The position numbers and the translations under genes are program-made. The notes below the pieces were generated by a model. It did not search any database. It had not been told where the DNA came from and saw only the letters and a program-made list of their open reading frames with translations. From an uncultured Chloroflexia bacterium (lineage in GTDB: Bacteria; Chloroflexota; Anaerolineae; Anaerolineales; Anaerolineaceae), in assembly GCA_963704755.1 (NCBI GenBank), contig OY969938.1, positions 4,839,624 to 4,871,623 on the forward strand: a stretch of DNA of 32,000 nt, given 5' to 3'. Position 1 is the first letter of the stretch; every line of letters starts with the position of its first letter. Below, one piece after another: positions 27,320 to 32,000 of this stretch.

Positions 27320-28402
27320 TCAGGAACGGATGGCTTCTTTCTGCGGGGCGAGAGAATATTCCCATTGCCAGCTATTGACGTCAGCCCAGTTCTTGCTGGT
27401 GATTTTGAATTGGATCTGGTCACCCGGATGGACTTCGCAGTTTTCTACCCGTAACAGGTAAAAGGCCCAGTTGGTTGCCCGGTCCGGGAACGGGCCATTG
27501 GTCACTTTGATCTTCTCATCGAATTTGCAATCGAAATAGACGATAAAGCCGTCCAGGCGTCCTTCCAGGCGGACCGGTCTCGAATAGCTGAACTCCTGTG
27601 GGACAGAATCGGGTTGGAGGGTGTTCAGGTCGAAGGAGTAAACCGGTTTGGGACTGCCCAAGAAGTAATCCACGTAACCGGGATCGAATTGGTAGATGCG
27701 GTAATAGTGGCGGGCCGGGATTCTTACCTCCCGTAAACCGGAAAAATCGACCCCATGCACTTTTTGCTGCCAGATAAAGGGCACGGCGAGTTTATCGACT
27801 ACCTTGACCGGCTCGATGTAAAAGTCGTAAAGCGCGGGCAAGATTTTGCCTCCCATTTTCAGTAACCGGTCGCGCAGGTCGCAAACATTGGGGATCATGT
27901 ACTCGTTGAACAAAAAATCGCCCATCTGTTCTTGCAGGATGACATCAACTTTTTCCGGGAGGGAAAATTCGCTGCTGTGGGTGTTAACGAACTCGACGTT
28001 GGTAATGTGGTTGTCCGCAGCCAATTTTCGCGCCAGGTTCAATATTTCGGAATGATCCAGGGCATATATTTTCGTGGACGGCACCTGGGAAGCCATGAAC
28101 GAAAGGATGCCCGTGCCGGTGCCCAAATCAATGATCCGGTCGCCGGGGCAGACGTATTTTTTTATGCCGGCATAGTAGCTATCCACGCGCGGACGGTCGG
28201 CCAGCATTTTCTCATGCTCAAACAGGCTGGCGAATTCTTTTCTGTTCTTGGTTTGGTAGCCTGTTTCGCTGCGAGAAAGTTTCTCTTTATCGTACTGTGA
28301 GTTGAATGCCTCGGAAATCGCCGGATGCTTCAAGAAGGCGTTGTAAACCGATTTGACAATTTTATAAATCGAAAAGATGAGTTTGCCTACAAATTTCTTC
28401 AT
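27320..28402 (-). CDS. Class I SAM-dependent methyltransferase with protein arginine N-methyltransferase (PRMT)-like core
   Basis: HEKMLADRPRVDSYYAGI resembles the PRMT HEEMLKDxVRTxxY motif. IIDLGTGTGILS is motif I. VDVILQEQMGDFLFNEYM matches the double-E loop with the same E-to-E spacing as SEWMGYCLFYESM. RATNWAFYLL matches the THW-loop position. A C-terminal beta-barrel-sized region follows. I prefer the ATG at 28402 (GAGGGA upstream) to the track's GTG at 28447. Confidence 0.7.
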   Translation of the reverse strand: MKKFVGKLIFSIYKIVKSVYNAFLKHPAISEAFNSQYDKEKLSRSETGYQTKNRKEFASLFEHEKMLADRPRVDSYYAGIKKYVCPGDRIIDLGTGTGILSFMASQVPSTKIYALDHSEILNLARKLAADNHITNVEFVNTHSSEFSLPEKVDVILQEQMGDFLFNEYMIPNVCDLRDRLLKMGGKILPALYDFYIEPVKVVDKLAVPFIWQQKVHGVDFSGLREVRIPARHYYRIYQFDPGYVDYFLGSPKPVYSFDLNTLQPDSVPQEFSYSRPVRLEGRLDGFIVYFDCKFDEKIKVTNGPFPDRATNWAFYLLRVENCEVHPGDQIQFKITSKNWADVNSWQWEYSLAPQKEAIRS

Positions 28403-28678
28403 AGTGGGTTCCCTCTGATTGTTGGGTGCAGGTCGAGTTAATGCCACGAGAATTGCATGCCCGTACCCCCAATAGCTTCCGGACTTTTTTTCGTTATTAG
28501 AATATAACTGGATTTATGATAGCAAAAAAATATACATAAAAGATAAAGAAATTTATTATAAATTTGTTGGTTCCTGGGTATAGATAAAGGTTTTCGAATT
28601 CAAAGAGAAATTGCCCGGCGGCCGGCATGATGAATGTAATCTGATTTCAAATCAAATTTCCTGTCATTGCAGATAATA

Positions 28679-28707
28679 TTGACATGATAAGGGGGAATAG
28701 GTATACT
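28679..28707 (+). promoter_or_regulatory. Near-consensus sigma-70 promoter of the csoR-copZ-copA operon
   Basis: TTGACA (28679-28684), 17 nt, TATACT (28702-28707), 43 nt upstream of the csoR ATG. Confidence 0.65.
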
Positions 28708-28711
28708 CTAT

Positions 28712-28739
28712 ATATCCCCCCCACCGGGGGAGGGGTAGA
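28712..28739. promoter_or_regulatory. Candidate CsoR operator (G/C-tract pseudo-palindrome)
   Basis: ATATCCCCCCCACCGGGGGAGGGGTAGA has half-sites TATCCCCCCC and GGGGAGGGGTA. It starts immediately after the -10 box and covers the expected transcription start. Known CsoR operators are TACCC..GGGTA-type C/G tracts. Confidence 0.5.
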
Positions 28740-28749
28740 AAGAGGAGCC

Positions 28750-29019
28750 ATGAAAGACCCACAAGTTCTCGCCCGATTAAAGACCATTGAAGGGCACATC
28801 CGTGGAATTGAGGGGATGGTAGAACGTGATGTTTATTGCATCGATATCATTCGCCAGATCCAGGCAGTCCAGTCGGCTTTGAATAAGGTTAGCAACCAGA
28901 TCCTGGATGGGCACCTCAACTCTTGCGTGATCAACGCCATCCGTGGAGAAGATCCTGACGAGCGTGAGCGTGTTTTGAAAGAAATTTCCGAGGTCTTCGA
29001 AACGGCTACCAAAGTATAA
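28750..29019 (+). CDS. csoR: CsoR-family copper-sensing transcriptional repressor
   Basis: LARLKTIEGHIRGIEGMVERDVYCIDIIRQIQAVQSALNKVSNQILDGHLNSCV carries the C-H-C ligand pattern of CsoR/RcnR. The ATG at 28750 follows AGAGGAG. The track's start at 28684 lies inside the promoter. Confidence 0.88.
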   Translation: MKDPQVLARLKTIEGHIRGIEGMVERDVYCIDIIRQIQAVQSALNKVSNQILDGHLNSCVINAIRGEDPDERERVLKEISEVFETATKV

Positions 29020-29049
29020 ATTCACTTATTCAGCGGAGGTTTTTGCATT

Positions 29050-29256
29050 ATGTCCACAGTTGTTTATAACGTTCCCAGCATGCATTGCGACCATTGTGTC
29101 CACACGATCAACATGGAAGTAGGCGATTTGGACGGGGTACAGTCGGTCAATGTTGACCTGAACTCCAAAAAAGTGACCGTTTCATACGATGCGCCGGCGT
29201 CCCCGGAAAAAATTGAAGAACTCCTGACGGAGATCAATTTCCCGGCAGTGAAATAA
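29050..29256 (+). CDS. copZ: Copper chaperone CopZ (single heavy-metal-associated domain)
   Basis: 68 aa, with the metal-binding loop SMHCDHC and a betaalphabetabetaalphabeta-sized HMA fold. Confidence 0.88.
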   Translation: MSTVVYNVPSMHCDHCVHTINMEVGDLDGVQSVNVDLNSKKVTVSYDAPASPEKIEELLTEINFPAVK

Positions 29257-29351
29257 ATAAATTGCATTTACTTGTACTGGTGGCAGGAATCCAGGGCCTT
29301 GTTCATCAAAATGAGCAGCACGAAGAAAAGTAAGCGGAAATAGACGAAAAA

Positions 29352-29391
29352 GGGCGTGCCGGGAATCAGAGATTGCTGGCATACCCTTTTT
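29352..29391 (+). terminator. Possible internal attenuator/terminator between copZ and copA
   Basis: gggcgtgcc ... ggcataccc forms 9 positions with one mismatch and one G-U pair, a 17-nt loop, and is followed by TTTTTAAAATTTT. The structure is weak. Confidence 0.25.
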
Positions 29392-29436
29392 AAAATTTTC
29401 TCCAAAGATGGTTTGAGAGAAAAGGAAGGTTTTTGA

Positions 29437-31875
29437 ATGGCTGATACAAAGCAAATTGTCTTGCCCATTACCGGTATGACCTGCGCAAACTGCGTGGCCA
29501 CCATCGAGCGTAATTTAAAGAAGCAAAATGGGGTTCAGGGCACCGTAGTGAACCTGTCATCCGAACGGGCCACGGTGGAATTCAACCCGGAGCTGGTTGG
29601 GTTGAGCGACCTGATAGGCAGGGTGGAGCGCGCCGGCTATGGCATTGCCCAGGGCGAGGCGAATCTGGCCATCAGTGGTATGAGTGACAACAACGATGCC
29701 CGCCGCCTGGAAAAAACATTGGAAAAACTGGAAGGTGTGCTCAAGGTGCAGGTCAATTTGACTGCCGAGAAAGTCGCGGTCAGTTATGTACCCACCATCA
29801 TCAGCCAGAGCGAAATTCGCCAGGCGATTAAAAGTGCAGGATTTACCACCCTGGAAGCCGGCGGAGAGGCCCACGATGCCGAAGCTGAGGCGCGCAAAGC
29901 CGAGATCGACCAGCAGAGGCGTTTGCTGATTACCGGGCTGGTCTTTACCATCCCGCTGTTCGCATTTTCAATGGCGATGGATTTTGGGTTGCTGCCGACG
30001 GCCTGGATGGAAGCTTCTTGGGCCAATTGGCTTATGTTTGCCCTGGCCACGCCGGTCCAATTTTATGTGGGCTGGCAGTATTACCGCAGCGCATTCAAAG
30101 CCGTCCGGAATGGCTCGGCCAATATGGACGTGCTGATCGCCATGGGTTCATCGGTGGCTTATTTCTATTCGATCGTAGTCACGGTCGGGCTCATCCCTGG
30201 ACATGTTTATTATGAAACCGCGGCGGTGATTATCACCCTGATCCGCCTGGGCAAATTCCTGGAAGCGCGAGCCAAAGGGATGACCAGCGAAGCGATCAAG
30301 AAGTTGATGAGTTTGCAGGCCAAGACGGCCCGGGTACGCCGCGAGGACAGCGAGATCGAGATCCCGATCGAGGAAGTCCAGCCGGGGGACGTGGTCATCG
30401 TCCGCGCCAGCGAGAAGATACCTGTGGATGGTGTGGTTATCGAGGGGAAGACCTCGATCGATGAATCCATGTTGACCGGTGAATCGATGCCGGTATCCAA
30501 GGGACCCGGCGACGCGGTCATTGGGGCGACGCTGAACAAACAGGGCTTCATCCATTTCGAGGCTACCCGGGTAGGTAAAGAGACTGCCCTGGCCCAGATT
30601 ATCAAACTGGTCGAGGAAGCCCAGGGCAGCAAGGCGCCAATCCAAAAACTGGCCGATAAGGTTTCGGCCGTATTCGTCCCGGGTGTGATCACGATTGCGC
30701 TGGTGACCTTCCTGGTCTGGCTTTTGTTCGTGCCGCTGCCGGCCGGATCGGATATCAGCAATTTTACCCGCGCAATGATCCATATGGTGGCCGTGCTGGT
30801 AATCGCCTGCCCGTGCGCGATGGGCCTGGCGACCCCGACCGCGGTCATGGTGGGCACCGGTAAGGGTGCCGAGATGGGTGTGTTGATCCGCAACAGCGAA
30901 GCGCTGGAACGGGCCGGACACCTTACTACTATTGTGCTGGATAAGACAGGTACCATCACCCGCGGGCAGCCGGCCGTCACCGACGTCATCGTGGCTAAAG
31001 ATCAGCAGGCCGATACCAACAGCGCCAATGAATTGATCCGCCTGGCGGCCAGTGCCGAACAGGGCAGTGAGCATCCCCTCGGTGAGGCCATCCTGGCCGA
31101 GGCTGGGGAGCGCGGCCTGGTGTTGAGCACCCCGGACGGTTTCAATGCCGAAGTTGGCCAGGGCGTGGCCGCCAATATCGAGGGACGGCAGTTGTTGGTC
31201 GGCGCACCACGTATGGCCGCGGCGCACAACCTGGTGCTCGATGGTCTGACGGCAGACCTGGAAAAACTGCAAGCCGAGGCTAAGACGGTGGTCCTGGTCG
31301 GCGTTGACGGTAAAGTCAGCGGGCTGATCGGTGTTGCCGATACGGTCAAGGAAGGCTCCAAAGAAGCGATTCACGATTTACAGCAGTTAGGCATCAAAGT
31401 TGTGATGATCAGCGGCGATAACCAGCGCACCGCCGAGGCGATTGCCCGGCAGGTTGGGGTGGATGAAGTCATGGCCGAAGTCCTCCCGGATGGAAAATCA
31501 GAGCAGGTGAAGAAACTGCAAGGCGCCGGCCAGATCGTGGCCATGGTTGGAGATGGCGTCAACGATGCCCCGGCTCTGGCGCAGGCGGACGTTGGAATCG
31601 CGATCGGCACCGGCACCGATGTGGCCATGGCGGCTGCACCGATCACGCTGATCAGCGGTGACCTGCGTGGCGTGGTCCGGGCGGTGAAACTTTCCCGCCA
31701 GACCTTGCGGACGATCAAGCAGAACCTGTTCTGGGCTTTCTTCTACAACATCATCCTGATTCCGCTGGCCGCGCTGGGATACTTGAACCCAATGATCGCG
31801 GCTGGGGCGATGGCCTTCAGCAGCGTCTTTGTGGTGACGAACAGTCTGCGCTTGCGACGCTTTCGCCTGGCATAG
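29437..31875 (+). CDS. copA: Copper-translocating P1B-type ATPase
   Basis: The first HMA domain carries GMTCANC. The second HMA-like domain lacks both cysteines (GMSDNND). TGES, the transmembrane CPC motif ([11 protein letters not shown]), DKTGTIT, HP (SEHPLG) and [10 protein letters not shown] are all present. Confidence 0.95.
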   Translation: MADTKQIVLPITGMTCANCVATIERNLKKQNGVQGTVVNLSSERATVEFNPELVGLSDLIGRVERAGYGIAQGEANLAISGMSDNNDARRLEKTLEKLEGVLKVQVNLTAEKVAVSYVPTIISQSEIRQAIKSAGFTTLEAGGEAHDAEAEARKAEIDQQRRLLITGLVFTIPLFAFSMAMDFGLLPTAWMEASWANWLMFALATPVQFYVGWQYYRSAFKAVRNGSANMDVLIAMGSSVAYFYSIVVTVGLIPGHVYYETAAVIITLIRLGKFLEARAKGMTSEAIKKLMSLQAKTARVRREDSEIEIPIEEVQPGDVVIVRASEKIPVDGVVIEGKTSIDESMLTGESMPVSKGPGDAVIGATLNKQGFIHFEATRVGKETALAQIIKLVEEAQGSKAPIQKLADKVSAVFVPGVITIALVTFLVWLLFVPLPAGSDISNFTRAMIHMVAVLVIACPCAMGLATPTAVMVGTGKGAEMGVLIRNSEALERAGHLTTIVLDKTGTITRGQPAVTDVIVAKDQQADTNSANELIRLAASAEQGSEHPLGEAILAEAGERGLVLSTPDGFNAEVGQGVAANIEGRQLLVGAPRMAAAHNLVLDGLTADLEKLQAEAKTVVLVGVDGKVSGLIGVADTVKEGSKEAIHDLQQLGIKVVMISGDNQRTAEAIARQVGVDEVMAEVLPDGKSEQVKKLQGAGQIVAMVGDGVNDAPALAQADVGIAIGTGTDVAMAAAPITLISGDLRGVVRAVKLSRQTLRTIKQNLFWAFFYNIILIPLAALGYLNPMIAAGAMAFSSVFVVTNSLRLRRFRLA

Positions 31876-31912
31876 AATCAAGTAGCGTTTTACGCATTCT
31901 TTGATACTCTAA

Positions 31913-31950
31913 GGGTCGCAGAGATGTTTTTCCTCGCTGCGGCCCTTTTT
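31913..31950 (+). terminator. Intrinsic terminator after copA
   Basis: gggtcgcag ... ctgcggccc (9 bp including one G-U pair) followed by TTTTT. Confidence 0.55.
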
Positions 31951-32000
31951 GATTCTGCTTCGACCGGCGTTCAGTGGACCCATGCGTTGGCGACCAAGGT

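Noticed and set aside
29268-29504. A 78-aa minus-strand ORF between copZ and copA with a hydrophobic stretch (FFVYFRLLFFVLLILM).
   Set aside because: It is antisense within an operon, has no RBS, overlaps the copA start, and its hydrophobicity comes from a T-rich antisense sequence. I cannot exclude it, but nothing supports it.
30148-31374. A 408-aa ORF antisense to copA. Similar long antisense ORFs lie inside ftsH (5096-5677, 5556-6254), cpaF (12875-13645), cpaB (15891-16475) and fni (23101-23498).
   Set aside because: They lie entirely opposite strongly recognisable genes. Their translations are R/G/H/D/P-rich low-complexity sequence with no motifs and no RBS. Such open antisense frames are expected in GC-biased coding DNA.
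31960-32000. A possible 3' end of a minus-strand gene (..TLVANAWVH* with its stop at 31974-31972) running off the window.
   Set aside because: Only about 9 codons are visible, which is not enough to support a call.
1-32000. A search for tRNA, rRNA, CRISPR arrays, IS/transposase, integrase, toxin-antitoxin or restriction-modification genes.
   Set aside because: None were seen. There are no T-loop/acceptor-like tRNA signatures, no regularly spaced direct repeats, and no recombinase or nuclease-methylase motifs in any listed ORF.

Overview
This 32 kb window looks like chromosomal core DNA from a moderately GC-rich bacterium that uses strong GGAGG-type Shine-Dalgarno sites. I saw no rRNA, tRNA, CRISPR array, transposase or integrase. 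All family calls come from motifs read by eye in the supplied translations; no searches were run.

Gene content, left to right:
- Amidohydrolase fragment and cinA (-).
- A roughly 390 bp structured non-coding gap.
- yraN-miaA-acyl-CoA ligase (+).
- ftsH, a HAD-DinB fusion coupled to a Cys-rich ORF, efp, hpf and comFC (-).
- A secretin-less Tad/Flp pilus locus (-): flp, cpaB, REC-cpaE, cpaF, tadB, tadC.
- An uncharacterised two-gene cassette (+): a helical 178-aa protein plus a YdjI-type SPFH protein with an excisionase-type HTH tail.
- sucCD (+), an orphan ACP (-), and fni plus a polyprenyl synthase (+).
- A folate/pterin cluster: folE (+), and folB-folK plus a PTR1/FolM-like SDR (-).
- A eukaryote-like PRMT-type methyltransferase (-).
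- A csoR-copZ-copA copper operon (+) with a near-consensus promoter and a G/C-tract operator.

Most interesting candidates:
1. The helical-protein/SPFH-HTH cassette.
2. The tad locus running straight into comFC, which suggests Tad-pilus-dependent DNA uptake.
3. The PRMT-like enzyme.
4. A family of long perfect palindromes.
5. A roughly 260-nt inverted-repeat-bounded structured element.

Caveat: four otherwise well-conserved genes (hpf, cpaB, the SPFH gene, folE) are each split by a single-nucleotide frameshift. Three of these sit in clear homopolymer runs (6, 6 and 4 nt); the hpf site is only a 2-nt run and the exact position is uncertain. The most economical explanation is assembly indel error rather than biology.
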